Shown piece after piece: positions 14,001 to 28,683 of a stretch of DNA of 64,000 nucleotides. The notes under the pieces are model-generated. The model saw only the letters and a program-made list of their open reading frames with translations. It had not been told where the DNA came from and did not search any database. The stretch is from Nemertoderma westbladi (Eukaryota; Animalia; Xenacoelomorpha), in assembly GCA_032718475.1 (NCBI GenBank), contig JAUCBJ010007707.1, forward strand, positions 1 to 64,000, read 5' to 3'. The translations under genes and the position numbers were made by a program. The stretch's first letter is position 1, and every line of letters begins with the position of its first letter.

Positions 14001-17000
14001 ATTTTAATGGGTGTATGTGCTGAGCCTTACAAGGGAGGGCCTTAATTTATTTTAATGGGTGTATGTGCTGAGCCTTACATGGGCAGGACTTAATTTATTT
14101 TAATGGGTGTATGTGCTGAGCCTTACACGGGCAGGACTTAATTTATTTTAATGGGTGTATGTGCTGAGCCTTACACGGGCAGGACTTAATTTATTTTAAT
14201 GGGTGTATCTGCTGAGCCTTACACGGACAGGACTTAATTTATTTTAATGGGTGTATCTGCTGAGCCTTACACGGACAGGACTTAATTTATTTTAATGGGT
14301 GTATGTGCTGAGCCTTACAGGGGCAGGACTTAATTTATTTTAATGGATGTATGTGCTGAGCCTTACACGGGCAGGACTTAATTTATTTTAATGGGTGTAT
14401 CTGCTGAGCCTTACACGGACAGGACTTAATTTATTTTAATGGGTGTATGTGCTGAGCCTTACAGGGGCAGGACTTAATTTATTTTAATGGGTGTATCTGC
14501 TGAGCCTTACACGGACAGGACTTAATTTATTTTAATGGGTGTATGTGCTGAGCCTTACAGGGGCAGGACTTAATTTATTTTAATGGGTGTATGTGCTGAG
14601 CCTTACACGGGCAGGACTTAATTTATTTTAATGGGTGTATCTGCTGAGCCTTACACGGACAGGACTTAATTTATTTTAATGGGTGTATGTGCTGAGCCTT
14701 ACACGGGCAGGACTTAATTTATTTTAATGGGTGTATGTGCTGAGCCTTACAGGGGCAGGACTTAATTTATTTTAATGGGTGTATGTGCTGAGCCTTACAC
14801 GGGCAGGACTTAATTTATTTTAATGGGTGTATCTGCTGAGCCTTACACGGACAGGACTTAATTTATTTTAATGGGTGTATGTGCTGAGCCTTACAGGGGC
14901 AGGACTTAATTTATATTAATGGGTGTATGTGCTGAGCCTTACAAGGGAGGGCCTTAATTTATTTTAATGGGTGTATGTGCTGAGCCTTACAAGGGAGGGC
15001 CTTAATTTATTTTAATGGATGTATGTGCTGAGCCTTACACGGGCAGGACTTAATTTATTTTAATGGGTGTATGTGCTGAGCCTTACAGGGGCAGGACTTA
15101 ATTTATATTAATGGGTGTATGTGCTGAGCCTTACAAGGGAGGGCCTTAATTTATTTTAATGGGTGTATGTGCTGAGCCTTACAAGGGAGGGCCTTAATTT
15201 ATTTTAATGGGTGTATGTGCTGAGCCTTACAAGGGAGGGCCTTAATTTATTTTAATGGGTGTATGTGCTGAGCCTTACAGGGGCAGGACTTAATTTATAT
15301 TAATGGGTGTATGTGCTGAGCCTTACAAGGGAGGGCCTTAATTTATTTTAATGGGTGTATGTGCTGAGCCTTACAAGGGAGGGCCTTAATTTATTTTAAT
15401 GGATGTATGTGCTGAGCCTTACACGGGCAGGACTTAATTTATTTTAATGGGTGTATCTGCTGAGCCTTACACGGACAGGACTTAATTTATTTTAATGGGT
15501 GTATGTGCTGAGCCTTACAAGGGAGGGCCTTAATTTATTTTAATGGATGTATGTGCTGAGCCTTACACGGGCAGGACTTAATTTATTTTAATGGGTGTAT
15601 GTGCTGAGCCTTACAGGGGCAGGACTTAATTTATATTAATGGGTGTATGTGCTGAGCCTTACAAGGGAGGGCCTTAATTTATTTTAATGGGTGTATGTGC
15701 TGAGCCTTACAAGGGAGGGCCTTAATTTATTTTAATGGATGTATGTGCTGAGCCTTACACGGGCAGGACTTAATTTATTTTAATGGGTGTATCTGCTGAG
15801 CCTTACACGGACAGGACTTAATTTATTTTAATGGGTGTATGTGCTGAGCCTTACAGGGGCAGGACTTAATTTATTTTAATGGGTGTATGTGCTGAGCCTT
15901 ACACGGGCAGGACTTAATTTATTTTAATGGGTGTATCTGCTGAGCCTTACACGGACAGGACTTAATTTATTTTAATGGGTGTATGTGCTGAGCCTTACAC
16001 GGGCAGGACTTAATTTATTTTAATGGGTGTATGTGCTGAGCCTTACAGGGGCAGGACTTAATTTATATTAATGGGTGTATGTGCTGAGCCTTACAAGGGA
16101 GGGCCTTAATTTATTTTAATGGGTGTATGTGCTGAGCCTTACAAGGGAGGGCCTTAATTTATTTTAATGGGTGTATCTGCTGAGCCTTACAAGGGAGGGA
16201 CTTAATTTATTTTAATGGGTGTATGTGCTGAGCCTTACACGGACAGGACTTAATTTATTTTAATGGGTGTATGTGCTGAGCCTTACAGGGGCAGGACTTA
16301 ATTTATATTAATGGGTGTATGTGCTGAGCCTTACAAGGGAGGGCCTTAATTTATTTTAATGGGTGTATGTGCTGAGCCTTACAAGGGAGGGCCTTAATTT
16401 ATTTTAATGGGTGTATCTGCTGAGCCTTACAAGGGAGGGACTTAATTTATTTTAATGGGTGTATGTGCTGTGCCTTTCACGGGCAGGACTTAATTTATTT
16501 TAATGGGTGTATGTGCTGAGCCTTACAAGGGAGGGCCTTAATTTATTTTAATGGGTGTATCTGCTGAGCCTTACAAGGGAGGGCCTTAATTTATATTAAT
16601 GGGTGTATGTGCTGAGCCTTACACGGGCAGGACTTAATTTATTTTAATGGGTGTATGTGCTGAGCCTTACACGGGCAGGACTTAATTTATTTTAATGGGT
16701 GTATGTGCTGAGCCTTACACGGGCAGGACTTAATTTATATTAATGGGTGTATGTGCTGTGCCTTACAGGGGCAGGACTTAATTTATTTTAATGGGTGTAT
16801 GTGCTGAGCCTTACAAGGGAGGGCCTTAATTTATTTTAAGGGGTGTACATGCTGAGCCTTACCCGGGTAGGACTTAATTTATTTTAATGGGTGTGTGCAT
16901 GTGCTGAGCCTTTCACGGGCAGGACTTAATTTATTTTAATGGGTGTATGTGCTGAGCCTTACAAGGGAGGGCCTTAATTTATTTTAAGGGGTGTACATGC

Positions 17001-20000
17001 TGAGCCTTACCCGGGTAGGACTTAATTTATTTTAATGGGTGTATGTGCTGAGCCTTACAGGGACAGGACTTAATTTATATTAATGGGTGTATGTGCTGTG
17101 CCTTACATGGGCAGGACTTAATTTATTTTAATGGGTGTATCTGCTGAGCCTTACAAGGGAGGGCCTTAATTTATTTTAATGGGTGTATGTGCTGAGCCTT
17201 ACAGGGACAGGACTTAATTTATTTTAATGGGTGTATCTGCTGAGCCTTACAAGGGAGGGCCTTAATTTATTTTAATGGGTGTATGTGCTGAGCCTTACAC
17301 GGGCAGGACTTAATTTATTTTAATGGGTGTATCTGCTGAGCCTTACAAGGGAGGGCCTTAATTTATTTTAATGGGTGTATGTGCTGAGCCTTACAGGGAC
17401 AGGACTTAATTTATATTAATGGGTGTATGTGCTGTGCCTTACATGGGCAGGACTTAATTTATTTTAATGGGTGTATGTGCTGAGCCTTACAGGGACAGGA
17501 CTTAATTTATTTTAATGGGTGTATCTGCTGAGCCTTACAAGGGAGGGCCTTAATTTATTTTAATGGGTGTATGTGCTGAGCCTTACACGGGCAGGACTTA
17601 ATTTATTTTAATGGGTGTATCTGCTGAGCCTTACAAGGGAGGGCCTTAATTTATTTTAATGGGTGTATGTGCTGAGCCTTACAGGGACAGGACTTAATTT
17701 ATATTAATGGGTGTATGTGCTGTGCCTTACATGGGCAGGACTTAATTTATTTTAATGGGTGTATGTGCTGAGCCTTACAGGGACAGGACTTAATTTATAT
17801 TAATGGGTGTATGTGCTGTGCCTTACATGGGCAGGCCTTAATTTATTTTAATGGGTGTATCTGCTGAGCCTTACAAGGGAGGGCCTTAATTTATTTTAAT
17901 GGGTGTATGTGCTGTGCCTTACATGGGCAGGCCTTAATTTATTTTAATGGGTGTATCTGCTGAGCCTTACAAGGGAGGGCCTTAATTTATTTTAATGGGT
18001 GTATGTGCTGAGCCTTACAGGGGCAGGCCTTAATTTATTTTAATGGGTGTATCTGCTGAGCCTTACAAGGGAGGGCCTTAATTTATTTTAATGGGTGTAT
18101 GTGCTGAGCCTTACAGGGACAGGACTTAATTTATATTAATGGGTGTATGTGCTGTGCCTTACATGGGCAGGCCTTAATTTATTTTAATGGGTGTATCTGC
18201 TGAGCCTTACAAGGGAGGGCCTTAATTTATTTTAATGGGTGTATGTGCTGAGCCTTACAGGGACAGGACTTAATTTATATTAATGGGTGTATGTGCTGTG
18301 CCTTACATGGGCAGGCCTTAATTTATTTTAATGGGTGTATCTGCTGAGCCTTACAAGGGAGGGCCTTAATTTATTTTAATGGGTGTATGTGCTGTGCCTT
18401 ACATGGGCAGGCCTTAATTTATTTTAATGGGTGTATCTGCTGAGCCTTACAAGGGAGGGCCTTAATTTATTTTAATGGGTGTATGTGCTGAGCCTTACAG
18501 GGGCAGGCCTTAATTTATTTTAATGGGTGTATCTGCTGAGCCTTACAAGGGAGGGCCTTAATTTATTTTAATGGGTGTATGTGCTGAGCCTTACACGGAC
18601 AGGACTTAATTTATATTAATGGGTGTATGTGCTGTGCCTTACATGGGCAGGCCTTAATTTATTTTAATGGGTGTATGTGCTGAGCCTTACAGGGACAGGA
18701 CTTAATTTATATTAATGGGTGTATGTGCTGTGCCTTACAGGGACAGGACTTAATTTATATTAATGGGTGTATGTGCTGTGCCTTACATGGGCAGGCCTTA
18801 ATTTATTTTAATGGGTGTATCTGCTGAGCCTTACAAGGGAGGGCCTTAATTTATTTTAATGGGTGTATGTGCTGAGCCTTACACGGGCAGGCCTTAATTT
18901 ATTTTAATGGGTGTATGTGCTGAGCCTTACATGGGCAGGACTTAATTTATTTTAATGGGTGTATGTGCTGAGCCTTACAGGGGCAGGCCTTAATTTATTT
19001 TAATGGGTGTATCTGCTGAGCCTTACAAGGGAGGGCCTTAATTTATTTTAATGGGTGTATGTGCTGAGCCTTACAGGGACAGGACTTAATTTATATTAAT
19101 GGGTGTATGTGCTGTGCCTTACATGGGCAGGACTTAATTTATTTTAATGGGTGTATCTGCTGAGCCTTACAAGGGAGGGCCTTAATTTATTTTAATGGGT
19201 GTATGTGCTGAGCCTTACAGGGACAGGACTTAATTTATATTAATGGGTGTATTTGCTGAGCCTTACACGGGCAGGCCTTAATTTATTTTAATGGGTGTAT
19301 GTGCTGAGCCTTACATGGGCAGGACTTAATTTATTTTAATGGGTGTATGTGCTGAGCCTTACACGGGCAGGCCTTAATTTATTTTAATGGGTGTATGTGC
19401 TGAGCCTTACATGGGCAGGACTTAATTTATTTTAATGGGTGTATGTGCTGAGCCTTACAGGGGCAGGCCTTAATTTATTTTAATGGGTGTATCTGCTGAG
19501 CCTTACAAGGGAGGGCATTAATTTATTTTAATGGGTGTATGTGCTGAGCCTTACAGGGACAGGACTTAATTTATATTAATGGGTGTATGTGCTGTGCCTT
19601 ACATGGGCAGGACTTAATTTATTTTAATGGGTGTATCTGCTGAGCCTTACAAGGGAGGGCCTTAATTTATTTTAATGGGTGTATGTGCTGAGCCTTACAG
19701 GGACAGGACTTAATTTATATTAATGGGTGTATTTGCTGAGCCTTACACGGGCAGGCCTTAATTTATTTTAATGGGTGTATGTGCTGAGCCTTACACGGGC
19801 AGGCCTTAATTTATTTTAATGGGTGTATGTGCTGAGCCTTACATGGGCAGGACTTAATTTATTTTAATGGGTGTATGTGCTGAGCCTTACAGGGGCAGGC
19901 CTTAATTTATTTTAATGGGTGTATCTGCTGAGCCTTACAAGGGAGGGCCTTAATTTATTTTAATGGGTGTATGTGCTGAGCCTTACAAGGGAGGGCCTTA

Positions 20001-23000
20001 ATTTATTTTAATGGGTGTATGTGCTGAGCCTTACAGGGGCAGGCCTTAATTTATTTTAATGGGTGTATCTGCTGAGCCTTACAAGGGAGGGCCTTAATTT
20101 ATTTTAATGGGTGTATGTGCTGAGCCTTACAGGGACAGGACTTAATTTATATTAATGGGTGTATTTGCTGAGCCTTACACGGGCAGGCCTTAATTTATAT
20201 TAATGGGTGTATGTGCTGAGCCTTACACGGGCAGGCCTTAATTTATATTAATGGGTGTATGTGCTGAGCCTTACACGGGCAGGCCTTAATTTATATTAAT
20301 GGGTGTATGTGCTGAGCCTTACAGGGGCAGGACTTAATTTATATTAATGGGTGTATGTGCTGAGCCTTACACGGGCAGGCCTTAATTTATTTTAATGGGT
20401 GTATGTACTGAGCCTTACACGGGCAGGCCTTCATTTATTTTAATGGGTGTATGTGCTGAGCCTTACAGGGACAGGACTTAATTTATATTAATGGGTGTAT
20501 TTGCTGAGCCTTACACGGGCAGGCCTTAATTTATTTTAATGGGTGTATGTGCTGAGCCTTACAAGGGAGGGCCTTAATTTATTTTAATGGGTGTATGTGC
20601 TGAGCCTTACAAGGGAGGGCCTTAATTTATTTTAAGGGGTGTATGTGCTGAGCCTTACAGGGGCAGGACTTAATTTATTTTAATGGGTGTATCTGCTGTG
20701 CCTTACACGGGCAGGCCTTAATTTATTTTAATGGGTGTATGTGCTGAGCCTTACAAGGGAGGGCCTTAATTTATTTTAAGGGGTGTATGTGCTGAGCCTT
20801 ACAGGGACAGGCCTTAATTTATTTTAATGGGTGTATGTGCTGAGCCTTACAAGGGAGGGCCTTAATTTATTTTAAGGGGTGTGTGAATGTGCTGAGCCTT
20901 TCACGGGCAGGACTTAATTTATTTTAATGGGTGTATCTGCTGAGCCTTACAAGGGAGGGCCTTAATTTATTTTAATGGGTGTATGTGCTGAGCCTTACAG
21001 GGACAGGACTTAATTTATATTAATGGGTGTATCTGCTGAGCCTTACAAGGGAGGGCCTTAATTTATTTTAATGGGTGTATGTGCTGAGCCTTACAGGGAC
21101 AGGACTTAATTTATATTAATGGGTGTATCTGCTGAGCCTTACAGGGGCAGGCCTTAATTTATTTTAATGGGTGTATGTGCTGAGCCTTACACGGGCAGGA
21201 CTTAATTTATATTAATGGGTGTATCTGCTGAGCCTTACAGGGGCAGGACTTAATTTATATTAATGGGTGTATGTGCTGTGCCTTACAGGGACAGGACTTA
21301 ATTTATTTTAATGGGTGTATGTGCTGTGCCTTACACGGGCAGGACTTAATTTATATTAATGGGTGTATCTGCTGAGCCTTACAAGGGAGGGCCTTAATTT
21401 ATTTTAATGGGTGTATGTGCTGAGCCTTACAAGGGAGGGCCTTAATTTATTTTAATGGGTGTATGTGCTGAGCCTTACAGGGGCAGGACTTAATTTATAT
21501 TAATGGGTGTATCTGCTGAGCCTTACATGGGCAGGACTTAATTTATTTTAATGGGTGTATGTGCTGAGCCTTACAAGGGAGGGCCTTAATTTATTTTAAT
21601 GGGTGTATGTGCTGAGCCTTACACGGGCAGGACTTAATTTATATTAATGGGTGTATCTGCTGAGCCTTACATGGGCAGGACTTAATTTATATTAATGGGT
21701 GTATGTGCTGAGCCTTACACGGGCAGGACTTAATTTATTTTAATGGGTGTATGTGCTGAGCCTTACAAGGGAGGGCCTTAATTTATTTTAATGGGTGTAT
21801 GTGCTGAGCCTTACAAGGGAGGGCCTTAATTTATTTTAATGGGTGTATGTGCTGAGCCTTACAGGGACAGGACTTAATTTATTTTAATGGGTGTATGTGC
21901 TGTGCCTTACAAGGGAGGGCCTTAATTTATTTTAATGGGTGTATGTGCTGAGCCTTACAAGGGAGGGCCTTAATTTATTTTAATGGGTGTATGTGCTGAG
22001 CCTTACATGGGCAGGACTTAATTTATATTAATGGGTGTATGTGCTGAGCCTTACAAGGGAGGGCCTTAATTTATTTTAATGGGTGTATGTGCTGAGCCTT
22101 ACAAGGGAGGGCCTTAATTTATTTTAATGGGTGTATGTGCTGAGCCTTACAAGGGAGGGCCTTAATTTATTTTAATGGGTGTATGTGCTGAGCCTTACAG
22201 GGACAGGACTTAATTTATTTTAATGGGTGTATCTGCTGTGCCTTACAAGGGAGGGCCTTAATTTATTTTAATGGGTGTATGTGCTGAGCCTTACAAGGGA
22301 GGGCCTTAATTTATTTTAATGGGTGTATGTGCTGAGCCTTACAGGGACAGGACTTAATTTATTTTAATGGGTGTATCTGCTGTGCCTTACAAGGGAGGGC
22401 CTTAATTTATTTTAATGGGTGTATGTGCTGAGCCTTACAAGGGAGGGCCTTAATTTATTTTAATGGGTGTATGTGCTGAGCCTTACAGGGACAGGACTTA
22501 ATTTATTTTAATGGGTGTATGTGCTGTGCCTTACACGGGCAGGACTTAATTTATTTTAATGGGTGTATGTGCTGAGCCTTACAAGGGAGGGCCTTAATTT
22601 ATTTTAATGGGTGTATGTGCTGAGCCTTACAGGGACAGGACTTAATTTATTTTAATGGGTGTATCTGCTGTGCCTTACAAGGGAGGGCCTTAATTTATTT
22701 TAATGGGTGTATGTGCTGAGCCTTACAAGGGAGGGCCTTAATTTATTTTAATGGGTGTATGTGCTGAGCCTTACAGGGACAGGACTTAATTTATTTTAAT
22801 GGGTGTATCTGCTGTGCCTTACAAGGGAGGGCCTTAATTTATTTTAATGGGTGTATGTGCTGAGCCTTACAAGGGAGGGCCTTAATTTATTTTAATGGGT
22901 GTATGTGCTGAGCCTTACAGGGACAGGACTTAATTTATTTTAATGGGTGTATGTGCTGTGCCTTACACGGGCAGGACTTAATTTATTTTAATGGGTGTAT

Positions 23001-23635
23001 GTGCTGAGCCTTACAAGGGAGGGCATTAATTTATTTTAATGGGTGTATGTGCTGAGCCTTACAGGGACAGGACTTAATTTATTTTAATGGGTGTATCTGC
23101 TGTGCCTTACAAGGGAGGGCCTTAATTTATTTTAATGGGTGTATGTGCTGAGCCTTACAAGGGAGGGCCTTAATTTATTTTAATGGGTGTATGTGCTGAG
23201 CCTTACAGGGACAGGACTTAATTTATTTTAATGGGTGTATCTGCTGTGCCTTACAAGGGAGGGCCTTAATTTATTTTAATGGGTGTATGTGCTGAGCCTT
23301 ACAAGGGAGGGCCTTAATTTATTTTAATGGGTGTATGTGCTGAGCCTTACAGGGACAGGACTTAATTTATTTTAATGGGTGTATGTGCTGTGCCTTACAC
23401 GGGCAGGACTTAATTTATTTTAATGGGTGTATGTGCTGAGCCTTACAAGGGAGGGCCTTAATTTATTTTAATGGGTGTATGTGCTGAGCCTTACAGGGGC
23501 AGGACTTAATTTATTTTAATGGGTGTATGTGCTGAGCCTTACAGGGACAGGACTTAATTTATTTTAATGGGTGTATCTGCTGTGCCTTACAAGGGAGGGC
23601 CTTAATTTATTTTAATGGGTGTATGTGCTGAGCCT
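8058..23635. repeat. 48-bp satellite/minisatellite array, about 325 copies
   Basis: Unit GTGCTGAGCCTTAC[AAGGGAGGGC]CTTAATTTATTTTAATGGGTGTAT with a limited set of variants. Stop codons occur in all six frames. Confidence 0.98.
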
Positions 23636-26159
23636 ATTCGACTGACAGTATTATATAATCTCTGACAATATTATTCACCTTCGGGGAATATTAACAGTTC
23701 CTTTAGGACGTGGCGCTCTATCTATATAAACAGAGTTATGACTTAAACTACTCACAACGATATGGCTTAGTTATAATTCACATATATGTCGCATTCTTTA
23801 GGAAATGCTTCTTTATCAGTTTCACTCATACACAATGCTGCACAATACTGCACACTAATATGCACTGTACAATGCGGAAATGTAATATGCGGAAAGCACT
23901 GTACACTAAACCCTAAATTAGGTACAAGTACCGGTATAACAAATAATCAGTAGTTAAATATACTTGAACAGTTAAAAGAACCACGGCATCTGCTGGAGTG
24001 ACCGAAGCACAAAATCTCCAGTCTTTACCTACGCCGAGCAGCCCTGATGTAGTACCGGGGTTAGTTTAACTATAACGGTATGTTATGTATAACAAGCACA
24101 ATTACTGTAGGAATAAACTTGGGGACATGAATGTTGCGAATAATCGCATAAACTCTGAATAATAAATATTACGCTACCCGTACAGAATACTCAAACAAAA
24201 TACAAACCAAACGCTGGCAGACTACTATCAAGCCTAAACAAACTACAGTATGTGCAGATTCTGAAACTGTTAGTTAGTATGCGTTCTAACACGGTAGTAC
24301 GACTTACTCTTTAAGAGGGGATTGACCTTACAGCTTATGGCTGCCCCAACTTACTAACGGCACTTTATCAGACCAACTCTACACACGCAGCAATCCCTTC
24401 AGACCTAAAAATAGCTAGACAACAATCCAGCCTACAAATATTTGAGTAATAACTATTACGGTACCTGAACAGACCACACAAACAAACACAGGCTAAAACA
24501 CTGGCAGACTACGATCAAGCCTAAATAAACTACAGTATATGCAGACTCTGAAACTGTTAGTTAGTATGCGTTCTAACACGGTAGTACGACTTATTCTTTA
24601 AGAGGGGATTGACCTTACTGCATATGGCTGCCCCAACTTACTAACGGCACTTTATCAGACAAACTCTACACACGCCGTAATCTCTCCAAACTCAACAACA
24701 GTCAGACAGCAGCTCAGCCTACAATTATCTGAACAATCTGAGCAGGGTCACACGCCTTCTGCTCAATATTAGCCTACTAGTAAATAAAACCGACAGAAAT
24801 AAGTAGAATCTCAAATAAAAATCAGGGCGGCCGTTCCCTGATTAAGTACCAAGACCTACCGGTATACAATAATCAAAATCGAATAATACTAATGTACCTA
24901 TACAGCAGTACCGGTTCTGGCAGTTGGGCCTACTGACCTACAGAAGTACCGGTTACTACGGTATCTTGCAACCTTATTGCCTACTGCAATAAGATCGTAA
25001 CTGTTACTGTTCGCGCTTTTGAAGACCTTTAGCAGTTTAACCTGCCAAAATTTATATGTCTTTTAGTTAATTAACACACCTTTAGCATACGACAATATTT
25101 TATGCTAATAAACAAAACATTAGCCGAAGCCAGCCCATGCGCGATCATTCACCCGATGGATCTACACCTGGGAGGCTGAATTCGGATGCTTAGATTTTAT
25201 TATTGCAGTGTAAGGTTGCAGTGTAAGCCTACTGTATTATTCGATTGATCGCTAATATGTAATTTCTGACAGATATTATTAACTTTCGGGAAATATTAAC
25301 AGTTCCTTTAGGACGTGGCGCTCTATCTATTTAAACAGAGCTAGGACTTATACTAAACGCAACGATAAGGCTTATGATTAAAGTATAAGTCGCATTCTTT
25401 AGGAAATGCTTTGTTACCAGTCACATCACACTCACAATCATGCACACTATTCTGCCGACCGTCAGTATATTTGATCACACATAAAGAGAACAGCAATTGA
25501 CTCAGGTAGTGTCTACTAAATAACATTAGATTCAATACACACCACATTGATATAAATCGCAATTGTTATATATAGCCTGTCTCTCTAACCTGTAGTGTAT
25601 CAAGAAATTGGGAAATTTGGGTGATTTATCAATATTCTCCAAATGACAATATTTCATCAACAAATCGATACAATTAATAACTGACGGTAAATAGCAGTAC
25701 AAACAATATGATTAGTGCAGTTAAATTAAGTGAGGTAACACCGCCGGTAACAGTTATACTTTCTATAATCTAAGCAGTTTTTGCTAGAGTTGTTCCAAAA
25801 GCCGGTGTTATGGCGAAAAATGGGAACACAACAACAGAAACATGTGACTACTACCACTATACGAGTATACCAAAAACCTTTATTCCACGAAGCCCCGTTC
25901 AACACAGAGGATGAGCATAGAGATAGGAAATTCAGTTCAGTAGCGCTGGGATAGGTCGAAATCAACGCCTACGCAAATTCTATTGGCCGACACGAACAGC
26001 AAGGCTAAGGCAACCTCTCTAAGCTAGTTGGCCGATTAAACTGAGCCCAGATATCTCCGTACAGCACATCAGCCAATAAGCTGGTAGCTTGCACTATTTT
26101 AGTTATAAATCCCTTTGAGAGTATTCTAGCGACTCAGTTATCCCACAAAAGCTTTTACA
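23636..26159 (-). mobile_element. BEL/Pao family remnant C: 5' LTR (25008-26159), leader, and a fused piece of a B-type LTR (23636-23860)
   Basis: LTR termini TGTAAAAGCTTTT...AAAGCGCGAACA match elements A and B. 23890-25007 is homologous to their leaders. 23636-23860 matches the reverse complement of about 47720-47943. Confidence 0.8.
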
Positions 26160-27207
26160 AAAAAATTTCGCTCGCTTCGCTCGCGTTTGTTTACGTTTTG
26201 CATTGTCATATTGCTCAAATGTCTAAATTTCGCTCGCTTTGAGTTTTGCTTGCGTTCTGGTGTTTCATTTTCCATTGTGAATTAAAAAATTTTGCTCGCT
26301 TCGCTCGCGTATGTTTTTCGTTTTTTTTTTGTTCAAATGTGGTATGCGTGTTTTTTTTGGTGCATGCGCGGTGGCAGTATATTGTCCAATATCGCGCAGC
26401 TGAAAAATTGTGCGCGGTTCAGTGGTAGTTTGCAGCCTGGCCCCAGTTCGACCCACAGCACATGTTCGCGCTTTTAGACCTTTAGCAGTTTAACCTGCCA
26501 ATTTTAGTTGTCCTCTTGTTTATAAATCGACTTTAGCCTATATCGATTATTTAGTGCACTGAAGTTACATCAGCCGAAGCCAGTCTGTGCGCGATCATTC
26601 ACCCACAGTTAAGGGAGACGGGATTCGGGAGCCTTGAGAGTTATTGCAATGTAGACCTACTGTATTATTCGATTGATCGTTACTATATAATCTCTGACAA
26701 TATATTTACTTTCGGGGAAATATTAACAGTTCCTTTTGGACGTGGCGTTTTAAGTATAAAACAGAGTTATGACTTATACTAATCACAACTAGATGGCCAC
26801 AGAGTTTCATAAATAGCGCATTCTTTAGGAGATGCTTTATTATCCTTCACACTACTTCACACGACTTCACACTACTTCACACTACTGCGCACTAATCTGC
26901 CGACCGTCACTGAATTTATCATATATAAGGAAGATCGCAACTGACACTTGTAGGGATTATGAAATAGCATTTAATTCACACAAAAACCACTATAATTTAA
27001 GTCGCAGTTGCTACCGGTAACCTGTTCCTCTTACCTTCAGTAATCAAGACGATTGGGGGTTTTATGATTATTTATCGGTATTCTCCAAATATATCAGCAA
27101 TATACATCAATATAACAACAATTAATAACAGACCGTAAACAGAAGTAAAATAATGCGGTGAACAGTCAGTATGTGTTACGTAATGCATTGGGTTCAGTAA
27201 TGAGATA

Positions 27208-27813
27208 CAGTACAGGCCACCAGAAACAGCAGATTTCATCCAATGTGATCACATGTGAACACATTTGTTCAAGTCATCTGATTGGCAGGTTATGGCGTGT
27301 TATCTTCTAGATCACACAGCAGGAGGCTAACTTGCTGGGACCGAAAAAGGCTTTGTGTGCGGTGCGCCGTATGTCTGATATCAGGTGTATGAGAGAGCCC
27401 CCAGGGCGTAACATTGCGGACATGGGCTGTATTGGTAGAGAGAGAACTGCATACAAGACCACATGGAATGTATGGGAGTGGATGGATATGTGGATGGAGG
27501 AGCCTAGACCATTGAATAATTAATTTAGTGCAGGGAGATGTCACGCCATTAGTCTGACACTGAGAGGGCACAGAGAAACACGAGAAGATGCCTTGAGATC
27601 ACTAACTATAGGCCTGCCTACTAGACAGAGAGTTTCCAGATTACTAAGCGTTTCAAAAGTATTCAATTGCATCCTTTGGCGAAAAAATTTTGGTTGTTGC
27701 CAATTCAGATTATGTTCAATTGTCCCGTTCAACAACATTACATTACACTGGTACACATTTGATAAAATTTGTTCACAATTGTACAAATCTGCGTTTTCTG
27801 GTGGCCTGTACTG
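27208..27813. mobile_element. Tc1/mariner-type MITE inserted in the 3' LTR of element A
   Basis: TIRs CAGTACAGGCCACCAGAAA / TTTCTGGTGGCCTGTACTG with TA duplicated on both sides. The 5' LTR shows the empty site (GAGATAGGTGTC, about 41338). Confidence 0.93.
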
Positions 27814-28683
27814 TAGGTGTCGGGTAATGTTACGAGATAATAGATTTACGTTCTTGTAATCAAAGCCATCTGATGTTTAGGCCAAAGTCTGAAACTTCCA
27901 CACAGAAGTACAGAAGAATTCCAAGCCGGTTCTGAGGCTCAGAAAGGTAAACAAAGACCGTAATGCATTGCGCGGGGTTCCATAGGCCTCTGTAAGACAT
28001 AAAGTGAAAATCGCTCTGATTGGCTGAGCAGAAGAAAGAAGTTCCACGTCCACAAAGAATCAGCTGAGAGATTTCGTCATCTGGGCTCGGATTCCTCCCT
28101 TTCACGTAGTTGGATAGATTCAGGGCTATTTTAGAGTATTCTGCGCATTGCGGCAAAAATGACTTGTTATGTCCTCAAAAGCACCTACACTGCGCATTGC
28201 GGGAAAAAATGACTTATTATGTCCGCAAAAGCTTTTACACCGCTCCCAGAAAATGGGATTTAAGTCTATAAAATATAAAAATCATAGTTTCTAAAATATA
28301 AAAATACTCTAAACGATTAGTCCTTCTTGCGTGAACGGCGTTTACGAAGTTTTTTGAGGCTAGCAAGAGTCCTTTTCTCTTTGGGGAGAGCCACTTTACT
28401 AGGAGGGCTATAACTCCTGGGTGAGGGGTGCAATACGATTGCATCGGAAGGTTTAGGGTTACGGTCGGTGTATCCGCCAGTCGAGGTACCCGGTTGATCG
28501 ATATCAACCTCAGTGGAACGTGGTCGAACAACCTTTAGAGCGCGTTTCAAGACAGCAGCTCTTACTGGTCCCTGACGGGTCGTTTGCACGAGAGAGAGTG
28601 GTAGGCAGACCGTGAGTAGTGAGAAATTTCCTCGGTTTGATGGTTCTTTCTAACTCGCGTTCTCTGGCTCTATATTCATAGGG

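Noticed and set aside
8058-23635. CRISPR-like pattern of constant repeat plus variable spacer
   Set aside because: The variable slot is only about 10 bp, is drawn from a few mutually related variants that recur many times, has no cas genes nearby, and the context is eukaryotic.
26160-26420. Repeated CGCTCGCTTCGCTCGCG motifs flanking element A
   Set aside because: Probably part of an older dispersed repeat that A inserted into, but its ends and class cannot be defined from the sequence.
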